Positions 10,551 through 19,447 of a DNA stretch of 64,000 nt are shown here, one piece after another (positions within the stretch are counted from its first letter, which is position 1; each line of letters begins with the position of its first letter). Source of the DNA: Thermoplasmatota archaeon (GTDB taxonomy: Archaea; Thermoplasmatota; Penumbrarchaeia; Penumbrarchaeales; Penumbrarchaeaceae); contig JAWOCK010000113.1 in the NCBI GenBank assembly GCA_046483845.1, positions 25,494 to 89,493 of the forward strand, read 5' to 3'. A program made the position numbers and the translations under genes. The notes beneath the pieces are model-generated. The model had not been told where the DNA came from. It did no database searches and worked only from the letters and a program-made list of their open reading frames with translations.

Positions 10551-11614
10551 GACCGGGAGCCCTTGCTCTGCTTCTTCTACTGCTTGTTCCCCCGGTACTT
10601 GTTCCGGGCTGTATCGATGATGAGAGCGGACCGACCAGGACGATCATCGATATGCTGGGACGGGAAGTGAAGGTTCCGGTGGAGATAGAGAGCGTGGTGG
10701 GTGTGGAGGCGGGTGCCCTCAGGCTCCTGGTCTATATGGACCACACGGACAAGGTGGTGGGGATAGAAGAGCACGAAAAGAGCAGCGGGGCCGGAGGGAA
10801 TGCCAAACCGTACATATTCGCAAATCCCGAACTTCTCGAGCTCCCCTCCATCGGCCCCATGCACGGAGGGGACGCGGAGCTGATCGTTTCCCGGGGCCCC
10901 GATGTCATATTCTGGACATATACGGATACCTCCAGGGCCGATGATCTTCAGGAGAAATGCGGCATTCCCGTTATCGCACTGGACTACGGCGACCTGAACG
11001 AGAACAGGGAAACGCTCTTCGACGCATTGCATCTGATAGGGGAGATCATGGGCAATGAGGAGAGGGCCCTGGAGGTCCAGGAGTTCTTCGAGGAGAGGAT
11101 CCGAGAGCTGGACGATATGACCAGGGAATTAAAACCCCGGCCGAGGTGCTACGTCGGCGGTATCGGCCACCGTGGGGCCCACGGACTGCTCTCAACGGAG
11201 CCGTCCTACTCTTCTTTGAAATTCATAAACCAGAACAACGTGGCATCGTCCTTGGGAATGGAGCATGCCTTCATCGACAAGGAGAAGATCATTGAATGGG
11301 ATCCCGAGGTCCTGCTGATAGACGAAGGGGGACTCTCCATTGCCGAAAAAGATCTGAAAAGCGGCATATACGACACGGTGGAGGCGGTCTCGGAGGGAAG
11401 GATATACTGTCTGCTTCCCTACAACTGGTACACCACCAATTACGGTACCGTGCTGGGAAATTCCTACTACATTGCCTCATTACTGTTTTCGGAAGAGATA
11501 GGTGAGATCGACCCCGTGGAGGAGACCGGGGACATCTACGAGTTCCTGGTGGGGAAAAGGGTCTACGAAGAGATGGCAGAGGAGTTCGGAGGTTTCAAGG
11601 AGCTGGAAATTTGA
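10547..11614 (+). CDS. Iron-siderophore/cobalamin-type ABC transporter substrate-binding lipoprotein
   Basis: ATG 10547 overlaps the upstream stop (ATGA); lipobox-like VPGC; DMLGREVKVP; EKIIEWDPEV. Confidence 0.88.
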   Translation: MRPGALALLLLLLVPPVLVPGCIDDESGPTRTIIDMLGREVKVPVEIESVVGVEAGALRLLVYMDHTDKVVGIEEHEKSSGAGGNAKPYIFANPELLELPSIGPMHGGDAELIVSRGPDVIFWTYTDTSRADDLQEKCGIPVIALDYGDLNENRETLFDALHLIGEIMGNEERALEVQEFFEERIRELDDMTRELKPRPRCYVGGIGHRGAHGLLSTEPSYSSLKFINQNNVASSLGMEHAFIDKEKIIEWDPEVLLIDEGGLSIAEKDLKSGIYDTVEAVSEGRIYCLLPYNWYTTNYGTVLGNSYYIASLLFSEEIGEIDPVEETGDIYEFLVGKRVYEEMAEEFGGFKELEI

Positions 11615-12684
11615 AGGGCGCACCGGGCGAGGACCCAATGGAGGCCTACAGGAAAGGGATCATCCTGAAGTGGGTCTTCCTGGCGGTCTGCGGGGTTCTT
11701 CTTCTGGTGCTCATCACCGCCGCCCTTTCCATAGGATCCTCCGATCTGTCCATGATGGATTCCTTCAGGGCACTCCTGGGAATGGGTGAGAAGGAGACCT
11801 TGACCATAGTCTGGAGGATACGCCTCCCCAGGGTGATCACCGCGATCATCGCAGGGGCGGGACTCGCGGCTGCGGGGGCCGCCATGCAGACGGTGCTGAG
11901 AAACCCCATCGGCTCACCCGTGACGCTGGGAATATCCCAGGCCGCCGCTTTCGGTGCGGCCTTTGCGGTTGTCATTCTCGGTGCGGGCAGCGTGGGAAGC
12001 GGAACAGTTGATGCCGTGATCAACGAGAACATATATCTGGTCTCGGTATGCGCCTTCATCGCCACCATGGGCTCCACGTCAATAATAGTCCTTTTGGCCA
12101 GGTTCAAAAGGGCTTCCCCGGAATCCATGATACTGGCGGGGGTTGCCATGGGATCTCTTGCAACCGCAGGGACCACCGCAATGGAATATTTCGCGGACGA
12201 TGTGGAGCTGTCGTCCATCATCTTCTGGACCTTCGGCGACATGGGAAGGACCGGCTGGGACGAGGTCTTCATCATGTTCGGGGTGGTCGCTCTCGCCATG
12301 GTATACTTCATCTTCAGTGGCTGGAGCTACAATGCGCTGGATGCAGGGGACGATACCGCGAGGAGCCTCGGAATAAACACCGAGAGGCTCAGGCTCCTGG
12401 GCCTGGGAGCGGCGTCTCTGGTCACGGCCGTGATCATCTCCTTCGTCGGGATAATCGGATTTGTCGGGCTGGTGATCCCGCATATCGTAAGGAAGATAAT
12501 AGGAACGGACCAGAGGTTCCTGATTCCCACCTCCGCAATTGCAGGTGCCGTGCTGCTGCTTCTCTCGGACACGGTGGCAAGGACCGTTATCTCTCCCGTT
12601 GTACTCCCTGTGGGCATCCTGACGTCGTTCCTAGGAGCGCCTCTGTTCCTGTATCTGGTCATAAGGGGGAAGGAGCATTGGTAA
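11611..12684 (+). CDS. FecCD/BtuC-family ABC permease
   Basis: IRLPRV, MQTVLRNPIGSP, LGISQAA, GIIGFVGLVIPHI, PVGILTSFLGAP. Confidence 0.93.
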   Translation: MKGAPGEDPMEAYRKGIILKWVFLAVCGVLLLVLITAALSIGSSDLSMMDSFRALLGMGEKETLTIVWRIRLPRVITAIIAGAGLAAAGAAMQTVLRNPIGSPVTLGISQAAAFGAAFAVVILGAGSVGSGTVDAVINENIYLVSVCAFIATMGSTSIIVLLARFKRASPESMILAGVAMGSLATAGTTAMEYFADDVELSSIIFWTFGDMGRTGWDEVFIMFGVVALAMVYFIFSGWSYNALDAGDDTARSLGINTERLRLLGLGAASLVTAVIISFVGIIGFVGLVIPHIVRKIIGTDQRFLIPTSAIAGAVLLLLSDTVARTVISPVVLPVGILTSFLGAPLFLYLVIRGKEHW

Positions 12685-13442
12685 AGCTTGAGGTGGAAGG
12701 GGTCGATTTCTCCTACAACGGAAAGGAGGTCCTGTCCGATATGAGCCTGCGCCTTGGCGGAGGTGATCTGGTGGGGCTGGTGGGCCCCAACGGTTCCGGA
12801 AAGTCCACCCTTCTCAAGATACTCGACAGCATACTCACGCCCGGAAGAGGGCGGGTCCTTCTCGAGGGCAGGCCGATGTCCGACCTGAAAGGCAAGGACA
12901 TTGCCAAGAGGATAGGTTATGTGCCCCAGTCCACCGTCACCCTGTTCCCCAAGACCGTCTTCGATACGATCCTGATGGGCCGGATCCCCTACGGCTCCTG
13001 GGCTCCGACCAGGAAGGACCTGACAATTGTGAAGGATGTACTTGTCGATCTGGGACTGGAAACCCTCTCCGGCAGGACCCTGAACTCCCTTTCCGGCGGG
13101 CAGAAGCAGAAGGTAATGATCGGAAGGTCCCTGGCCCAGGAGTCCGATATACTTCTCCTGGACGAACCCACTTCATCACTGGACCTGGCCAACCAGATAG
13201 ATGTCATGGACCTTATCAAGGGTGAGACCTCCAAGGGAAAACTGGCGGTCATGGCGGTCCACGATCTGAACCTGGCACTCAGATACTGCGACAGATTCGT
13301 TCTTCTGAAGGCTGGCAGGATCGTTGCAAGCGGAGATTCGGACAGGCTCTCCAGGGAGGTCCTGGAAGAGGTCTACGATATAAAGGCCAGAGTGATGGGG
13401 AGCGGCAGGGAAAAGGTATTCGTGCCCATTTCAAGAAGATAG
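12678..13442 (+). CDS. FecE/BtuD-family ABC ATP-binding protein
   Basis: GPNGSGKST, LSGGQKQK, LLDEPTSSLD, HDLNLA; start placed at TTG 12678 after GGAGC, not 12048. Confidence 0.92.
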   Translation: MVKLEVEGVDFSYNGKEVLSDMSLRLGGGDLVGLVGPNGSGKSTLLKILDSILTPGRGRVLLEGRPMSDLKGKDIAKRIGYVPQSTVTLFPKTVFDTILMGRIPYGSWAPTRKDLTIVKDVLVDLGLETLSGRTLNSLSGGQKQKVMIGRSLAQESDILLLDEPTSSLDLANQIDVMDLIKGETSKGKLAVMAVHDLNLALRYCDRFVLLKAGRIVASGDSDRLSREVLEEVYDIKARVMGSGREKVFVPISRR

Positions 13443-14273
13443 TTATCCTCTATCCTGACCCTGGATGATGTTATTGCATATCCTGATGAACGAATCGGCC
13501 GTTGGGGACCCCTTCTCGTCCATAACTATCGGATCACCCGAGTCCCCTCCCTTGACAATGGTGGGATCTATGGGGACGCTTCCCAGGAAGGGAATGGAGA
13601 GCTCATCGGCGGCTTTTTCTCCGCCCCCTTTGTCAAAGAGGTCTATGGCTTCACCACAGTGAGGGCAGAGCATGCCGCTCATATTCTCCACGATCCCGAT
13701 GATATCCATCTTGAGGGACCTGGCAAATGAGATGGACCTCCTGGAATCCAGCAGTGCCACCTCCTGTGGTGTCGATACTATGATCGCCCCCGACCCCGGG
13801 AGCATCTGGGCTATGTTCAGGGCCTCATCCCCGGTCCCGGGAGGCAGGTCTATTATCAGGTAATCGAGCTCCCCCCAGTTCACCTTGCCCAGGAACTCGC
13901 TTATGGCATTTATCTTCAGGGGGCCCCTCCAGATGACAGGGGCGTTCTGGTCCTCCATCAGGAACGACAACGAAAAGACCTTGAGTCCTCTCTTTCCCTC
14001 TATGGGAACTATCTTCTCTTCCTGCATCATCGCTCCTGATCCCTCCAGACCCAGCATCTTTGCCACGTTGGGTCCGTGAAGGTCAGCATCAAGGAGTCCC
14101 ACCTTCTTGCCCTTGTCTATCAGGGCCATGGAGAGGTTCACCGCCACCGTGGTCTTGCCGACCCCTCCCTTTCCGCTCATGACGGAGATCATGTTGTCCA
14201 CTTTCTGGAGGTTATCCTTTATGTTCATCTGCATCTGCTGCATGGGGTTCACTGCAGGTCCCTGTTCTTTCAT
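13443..14273 (-). CDS. mrp: Mrp/NBP35 (ApbC) Fe-S cluster carrier ATPase
   Basis: SGKGGVGKTT, DADLHGPN, WRGP, DLPPGTGD, ENMS..CPHC. Confidence 0.93.
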   Translation of the reverse strand: MKEQGPAVNPMQQMQMNIKDNLQKVDNMISVMSGKGGVGKTTVAVNLSMALIDKGKKVGLLDADLHGPNVAKMLGLEGSGAMMQEEKIVPIEGKRGLKVFSLSFLMEDQNAPVIWRGPLKINAISEFLGKVNWGELDYLIIDLPPGTGDEALNIAQMLPGSGAIIVSTPQEVALLDSRRSISFARSLKMDIIGIVENMSGMLCPHCGEAIDLFDKGGGEKAADELSIPFLGSVPIDPTIVKGGDSGDPIVMDEKGSPTADSFIRICNNIIQGQDRG

Positions 14274-14315
14274 GGGATGTCACCTTTGCCCTTGTAAAGT
14301 GGGATGCTACTTCAA

Positions 14316-14621
14316 TTATTCCCCTAGATCTTTCAGTCTGGCCTTGATGTTCTCGATCTCGTTCTCCAGCTGGTCGAGTACTGTCTTGAGCTCCTCCTTC
14401 TCTTCCTCCTTCGTGAGGGGAGGTGCTTCTTCGATGGCACGATCATCTGCTGGTACATATTGTCGGAAACCTCTTCCGAAGCCTCTTCCGAAGCCTCTTC
14501 CGAAGCCCCTGCCCCTCATGGGGAAGTATCTCCTCCTTGCTGGAGCTCCGCTGCAGTCTCCGAGACCGCGTCCTGTCATTGGTCCTTCTCCCCATGGTCC
14601 TGTTCTGTCTCCTCCTGGCAT
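14316..14621 (-). CDS. DUF5320-like small protein (GRGF repeats, C-terminal coiled coil)
   Basis: MPGGDRTGPWGEGPMTGRGLGDC N-terminus. Confidence 0.8.
   Translation of the reverse strand: MPGGDRTGPWGEGPMTGRGLGDCSGAPARRRYFPMRGRGFGRGFGRGFGRGFRQYVPADDRAIEEAPPLTKEEEKEELKTVLDQLENEIENIKARLKDLGE
14470..14505. repeat. 12-bp tandem repeat x3 (CCTCTTCCGAAG) encoding GRGF
   Basis: Seen directly; lies inside the DUF5320-like gene. Confidence 0.9.
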
Positions 14622-14950
14622 TTTTCTTCCTCCTTTTGTTTGTTAGGATGGTCACGGTGGACACCGTTCACGATCTGTATGGCACACCCCTCTGTCAGTG
14701 CGTAAGCCACCTTCTTCCTTGCAGTGGTGATGTCGTTCCAGAAACTTCTCCTGGAGATGCCCATCCTGGCGGCCGCCTGCTCCTGGGTCAATCCCTCCAG
14801 ATCGGAGAGCCTGATTGCCTCCACCTCTGCATAGGAAAGCTCCACGAGCTCCAGCTCCCTCATGGGCACACCTGCGGGTTTGAAGTACCTTACCTCTGGT
14901 ATGTGCTCTACGCTTCTCGGGGACCTGTGTCTGCCGTGTCTCCATCTCAT
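14576..14950 (-). CDS. DUF134-family DNA-binding protein
   Basis: YFKPAGVP, EVEAIRLSDLEGLTQEQAAARMGISR, ARKKVAYAL. Confidence 0.88.
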   Translation of the reverse strand: MRWRHGRHRSPRSVEHIPEVRYFKPAGVPMRELELVELSYAEVEAIRLSDLEGLTQEQAAARMGISRRSFWNDITTARKKVAYALTEGCAIQIVNGVHRDHPNKQKEEEKCQEETEQDHGEKDQ

Positions 14951-15053
14951 GTACTACTCAAATATGGATAAGTATATAAGCTTATTGCACATTTGAGAAT
15001 TAGAATGATATATCATGATCCGATTTAGCATAAAAGAACAGGGAGTTGACCTT

Positions 15054-16013
15054 ATGGAGGACAAAGAAGAAAAAGAGCACCAACTGGTGTTCGGTCCGGT
15101 ACCGTCCAGGAGATTGGGGTCCAGTCTGGGCATCAACAATATCCCGCCCAAGAACTGCACCTACTCATGCATCTACTGCCAGGTGGGGGCCACAACCAGC
15201 ATGGACCTGCACAGAAGGGAGTTCTTCGAGACCGAGAGGATAGTGAAGGAGGTGGAAGAGAGGCTCGATAGTATCAGGGAGAAGGGTGAGAGGGTTGATT
15301 ACGCCACCTTCGTCCCGGACGGGGAACCGACCCTGGACCGGAACCTTGGAAGGTCCGTAGAAGGTGTTTCGGAACTGAATATCGATACCGCCGTCATCTC
15401 CAACGGCTCCCTTCTGTGGATGGAAGATGTCCGCGAGGAACTTCTCAACGCGGACCTGGTCTCGGTGAAGGTGGATTCGGTGGACCCCGGTCTGTGGAGG
15501 AAGGTGAATCGGCCCAATGCAAGGCTGGACCTGACCAGGATCCTTGACGGGATTGGCAGGTTCGCCGATGTCTTCGAAGGGAGGCTGCTCACCGAGACCA
15601 TGCTGGTCCGGGACGTAAACGACGGTGAAGGGGATCTGTCCCAGGTGGCCGAATTCCTATCGGGTATCGGTCCCGATACCGCCTATATATCAATTCCGAC
15701 ACGTCCGCCCATGGAGAACTGGGTCGAGTCCCCCCGCCACGAGGCCGTGCACAACGCATATTCCATCATGAAGGAGAAAGTGGGTTCCGTGGGAATGCTT
15801 ACCGGCCCCGAGGGCAATTCGTTCCAGATCTACGGGGAGCTGAAGGACGAACTAGGGGGTATCACCTCGGTGCACCCCATCAGGGAATCCTCCATGAATG
15901 AGATCCTGAAGAAGTACGGAGGCTCCATGGAACTGGTGGAAGAAATGGTGGAGGAAGGGGTCATGGAAAGGAAGGTCCTGGAAGGGGAGACCTTCTACAC
16001 CAAGAGCAGATGA
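15054..16013 (+). CDS. Radical SAM protein (COG0731-like)
   Basis: FGPVPSRRLGSSLGIN, CTYSCIYC (CxxxCxxC), DGEPTL. Confidence 0.9.
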   Translation: MEDKEEKEHQLVFGPVPSRRLGSSLGINNIPPKNCTYSCIYCQVGATTSMDLHRREFFETERIVKEVEERLDSIREKGERVDYATFVPDGEPTLDRNLGRSVEGVSELNIDTAVISNGSLLWMEDVREELLNADLVSVKVDSVDPGLWRKVNRPNARLDLTRILDGIGRFADVFEGRLLTETMLVRDVNDGEGDLSQVAEFLSGIGPDTAYISIPTRPPMENWVESPRHEAVHNAYSIMKEKVGSVGMLTGPEGNSFQIYGELKDELGGITSVHPIRESSMNEILKKYGGSMELVEEMVEEGVMERKVLEGETFYTKSR

Positions 16014-16097
16014 GGCATAAAACATATCTCTGCGTTGAATGAGCCGGGGGTTCGGAAGGAGAGCTCCCCGAACAAAAACCGCACATCCTCAGCCGTT

Positions 16098-16235
16098 ATG
16101 GACAATGCAATAGGGTACAAGAAACTAATCGACACCTTTTAACACGAACAGGAAGCCAAGGATAAGAAGATCACAAAGAAGGACATCGAAGAAGCAATAC
16201 TTGAGGCACGATCTGAGGTCTGGTCCGATGAATAG
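16098..16235 (+). pseudogene. Antitoxin-like remnant with internal stop
   Basis: ATG 16098, TAA 16140-16142, then HEQEAKDKKITKKDIEEAILEARSEVWSDE*, which overlaps the start of a PIN fragment. Confidence 0.5.
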
Positions 16236-16341
16236 GATCCTGGTCGATACCAATATACTCATTTCCGCTATTGCATTCGACATAAATGAACTGGATGTTA
16301 TTTTGAAAGGGATAAAGAAAGAAGTTATTATTGAGATCTAG
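16228..16341 (+). pseudogene. Truncated PIN-domain toxin (37 aa)
   Basis: MNRILVDTNILISAIAF is a PIN N-terminal DTN motif; the frame ends where the convergent PIN gene ends. Confidence 0.7.
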
Positions 16342-16756
16342 TCAGATGTCATCTAATATTTTTATCAGATCTCCAGTGGAATACACATCAACTCCCATAA
16401 TGGATTTCAAAACCTTATCATTGGACCAGATACCTGCTTTGATATTCAAAGCCAAAGCTACATATTCAGCATCATCAGGATCTGGAGTTATCTTAATAGC
16501 TCTATCCCTGAAGGTTTTGAAATCGTCATATGGATAAAAAGAGATCCTTCGTTTCAGAATCTCCATGAACCTATCAAAATTCTTTTCTTGGTCGTTTAGA
16601 TTTATCAATAATCTCATCTTCGTGTTTTTCAAATTCTTCAAGAAGAAACTCAGGAGCATACAAATGGAAAATGTCCTTGAACAATAACTCTGCTGTCTTA
16701 TTGTCCTTTATGAGTGCTGCAAAAAGAACATTCGCATCGACTACGAGGTCCATCAC
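16342..16756 (-). pseudogene. PIN-domain (VapC-like) toxin split by a +1 frameshift
   Basis: First half MDLVVDANVLFAAL...KEF*; second half DRFMEIL...PDPDDAEYVALA...IWSND. Removing one T from GAA-TTT-TGA-TAG (16576-16579) restores one frame. Confidence 0.85.
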
Positions 16757-16980
16757 TCCATCTCCGAGTATCGCTTGTGAAGTGATCTGTTGACCTCTTT
16801 ACCAAGTCTGACGGCATCTTCTTCTGTCAGAGTACTATTCTTCTTGTATTCGATCAAGAACTTGAGATCCTCTATCTTCTCTCTGAATGCCTGCCTGGCT
16901 ACTTCAGACCAGTTGATCTCCGGAAATAGATCTATGTCGTTTTTCATCTCTTTTGGGACGGTTATCGTCATATTTACCAT
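16753..16980 (-). CDS. Ribbon-helix-helix-type antitoxin
   Basis: MVNMTITVPKEMK...FPEINWSEVARQA; ATGA overlap with the PIN gene. Confidence 0.82.
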   Translation of the reverse strand: MVNMTITVPKEMKNDIDLFPEINWSEVARQAFREKIEDLKFLIEYKKNSTLTEEDAVRLGKEVNRSLHKRYSEME

Positions 16981-16998
16981 GTGATTACCTAGTATAAC

Positions 16999-17012
16999 AT
17001 GTGTATACACAT
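16999..17012. promoter_or_regulatory. Perfect 14-bp palindrome ATGTGTATACACAT, probable antitoxin autorepression operator
   Basis: Begins 19 nt upstream of the antitoxin ATG; arms extend imperfectly (ATAAC...GTTAT). Confidence 0.55.
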
Positions 17013-17073
17013 AGTTATTCATTTCGGTGTTCAGTTCATTAATTTCCGAAAGGCCCTTTGCTTCCTTGCTGTA

Positions 17074-17403
17074 ATCGACATAGGTAAGTCCTCACGGACT
17101 GTCCCTGTCACACCACCGTGCGTACGGGACCGTACACGGCGGTTCAATATGATTATGCGAAACTACTTCGACCGAGTTCCTTCCGACGGTTTCGGGGGGT
17201 CTTCCACTGTTTCCATGAAAGACTACGAAGACGTCGCCTTATCCAACCATCCAGCTTTGCCAATATGGACGGAGTCTCACAGAAACCGAAATAACCATAC
17301 CGACTCACCTCACGATGATGCCCTTGCGGGTCGCTAATACTTCGCCTCCACCAGGCTGTATAGGGGACTTGCACCCCCAGGATACCAGACATGCCCGGCA
17401 CAC
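17074..17403 (-). mobile_element. Internally deleted group IIC intron (330 nt) with intact ends and a maturase fragment
   Basis: 5' GTGTGCCGGGCATG; domain V GAACCGCCGTGTACGGTCCCGTACGCACGGTGGTG with CGC triad (17111-17145); domain VI ending CCTATGTCGAT; domain X peptide GYFGFCETPSILAKLDGWIRRRLR..WKQWK (17153-17299); upstream hairpin at 17412-17430. Confidence 0.9.
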
Positions 17404-17482
17404 GAGCAATGAAAATTCCAAAGGAATTTTTATGATGTTTGAAAAATCCGGGGAAGGTCCGCTGTTCGAATGAAATGAGAAC

Positions 17483-17680
17483 AGTGGGCCGACCCGATCT
17501 TCCCTTCAGGAAGATTGGGGCCAGTATCAGCTGATATCAGCAGACCCCAGACCTTGTGAAAATCCAATTATGGATGCTTATCTGGTGATTTTCACGGTCC
17601 GGGTCGGATCAGCTATAGAACAAATATTACCCACTCACAAATATAATTTGAATACGATAATGTTAGTGGGCCGACCCGGA
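17483..17680 (-). repeat. Two extra copies of the tRNA-Val 3' end (17665-17680, 16 nt; 17483-17496, 14 nt) with structured spacers
   Basis: + strand AGTGGGCCGACCCG(GA) is identical to 17821-17836. Confidence 0.9.
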
Positions 17681-17822
17681 CCTTCGGCGAAAAATGATCA
17701 AAACAGGCTTTCAACCGTTTTTCGCCTGGTCATCAATGTGACATCAATAACATCGGGTCGGAAGAATATGATGAAAAAACGATTCCCACTTTCTACGATT
17801 ACAGAATAATTAGAATCGAAAG

Positions 17823-17896
17823 TGGGCCGACCCGGATTTGAACCGGGGACCTCCGCCTTGTAAGGGCGACGTCATAACCAGCTAGACCATCGGCCC
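17823..17896 (-). tRNA. tRNA-Val(UAC), CCA not encoded
   Basis: GGGCCGA acceptor stem, anticodon arm TCGCC-CTTACAA-GGCGG, T arm CCCGG-TTCAAAT-CCGGG, discriminator A. Confidence 0.96.
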
Positions 17897-18023
17897 GGTC
17901 TATTATTGGCTCACCCTTCATCGACATTTGACATAAAACCTTTTCCTTGGAGCTGTCCCGATATCAAAGAAAATTACAAAAGCGAATATCCGATACACCC
18001 TATACCAAAGGTGTGTGAGATCA

Positions 18024-18986
18024 ATGACGAGACCCATGAAGAACATCCTGGTCACAGGATCGGCGGGACAGATCGGCTCCGAGCTGGTCATGGTCCTCAG
18101 GGAGAATTACGGCAATGATAACGTGGTGGCGGGGACCAACAGAACACCGCCCTCTGAAAGGATCAGGGAAACCGGACCCGTGGAGGCATGCAACATAGTT
18201 GATAAGGAACAGCTATATTCGGTGGTGGACGAATACGATATCGATACCATCTACAACATGGCAGCGATCCTCTCCGGCGTTGGAGAGCAGAAACCGCTAC
18301 TCGCATGGAAGGTGAACATGGACGGCTTCCACAACGTTCTGGAATGCGCAAGGGAAAAGGAGCTGGTCAGGGTCATGAACCCCTCTTCGATAGCCGCGTT
18401 CGGTCCCGAGACACCGAAGATCGACACTCCTCAGGAAACGGTGCTCAAGCCCAGGACGATGTATGGTGTCACCAAGGTGGCCGGGGAGCTCCTTGGTGAT
18501 TACTACTTCAGGAAGTTCGGAGTCGACGTAAGGGGTGTTAGATATCCCGGCATCATCTCCTCGGAGACCCTTCCGGGAGGGGGCACCACTGATTACGCAG
18601 TGGCAATATTCTACGATGCAATAGAGAAGAAAAAGTACGAGTGCTTCGTCAACGAGGACACGGTCCTTCCCATGATGTACATGCCCGATGCATTGAAGGG
18701 ACTGATCGACCTCGCCGAGGCCCCTGTGGAGAACCTCAAACACCACTGCGACTTCAACCTGGCATCAATGTCCTTCTCGGTCAAGGAGCTGGCGGACGAG
18801 ATAAGGAAGCACATTCCCGAGCTGGAGGTCACCTACAAGCCAGACTTCAGGCAGGAGATCGCGGATTCGTGGCCCCAGTCCATTGACGACTCCGCTGCCA
18901 GGAAGGAATGGGATTGGAAACCATCATACGATCTCTCCTCGATGACCGAGGACATGATAGAGAAGCTTTCAGCAAGACTTCTCTGA
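18024..18986 (+). CDS. L-threonine 3-dehydrogenase-like extended SDR (NAD-dependent epimerase family)
   Basis: TGSAGQIG, AAILSGVGE, PSSIAAFG, YGVTK, PGGGTTDYA, PMMYMPD. Confidence 0.88.
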   Translation: MTRPMKNILVTGSAGQIGSELVMVLRENYGNDNVVAGTNRTPPSERIRETGPVEACNIVDKEQLYSVVDEYDIDTIYNMAAILSGVGEQKPLLAWKVNMDGFHNVLECAREKELVRVMNPSSIAAFGPETPKIDTPQETVLKPRTMYGVTKVAGELLGDYYFRKFGVDVRGVRYPGIISSETLPGGGTTDYAVAIFYDAIEKKKYECFVNEDTVLPMMYMPDALKGLIDLAEAPVENLKHHCDFNLASMSFSVKELADEIRKHIPELEVTYKPDFRQEIADSWPQSIDDSAARKEWDWKPSYDLSSMTEDMIEKLSARLL

Positions 18987-19006
18987 TCGGGATAGATGAA
19001 GTTCGG
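18906..19006 (+). repeat. 101-bp direct repeat, copy 1 (3' end of the SDR gene plus 20 nt)
   Basis: Aligns ungapped with 19724-19824; 8 differences counted by eye. Confidence 0.92.
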
Positions 19007-19012
19007 TACATA

Positions 19013-19447
19013 CTATTGAGACTTCAGAGCCTCGAGGTATTCAATACCCTCCCTGAGGTCGATCGCTTTGTCCACCTTTGAGATCAGTTCTTTATCCAAT
19101 GTTATCAGAGGTGCATCAACGGAGGCGGCGCTTGCCGCATGGACAGCATCGTAGAAGGTCAATTCCTTGCTTTCCGCTATTGACAGAGCGGATAGTAACA
19201 GCTTATTGTCCATAGGAATTCTCTCGAGATGAAGTCCAAGGAATTTGTTCAAGAATTTCTTTCCGGTCCTCCCTTCCCTCTTCGAGAACTGAACAATGCA
19301 ATTACCAACTTCACTGTAGACAAGTGGAGATACCGCAAGAGATACTCCCTCTTCCCTGCACATCTCCATGAAACGGATCGCATTCTCACTCTCGTCCTCA
19401 TCGTGAAGTACAGGAACCAGAGCAGAGGAATCCATGACCATTTTCAT
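19013..19447 (-). CDS. vapC: VapC-family PIN toxin
   Basis: VMDSSALV, SEVGN, LTFYDAVH, LITLD. Confidence 0.9.
   Translation of the reverse strand: MKMVMDSSALVPVLHDEDESENAIRFMEMCREEGVSLAVSPLVYSEVGNCIVQFSKREGRTGKKFLNKFLGLHLERIPMDNKLLLSALSIAESKELTFYDAVHAASAASVDAPLITLDKELISKVDKAIDLREGIEYLEALKSQ

Noticed and set aside
12048-12677. Long N-terminal extension of the ABC ATPase
   Set aside because: It overlaps the permease in another frame; homology starts at TTG 12678
17153-17401. 82-aa ORF as a real gene
   Set aside because: It is a chance fusion of intron domain I sequence with a maturase fragment
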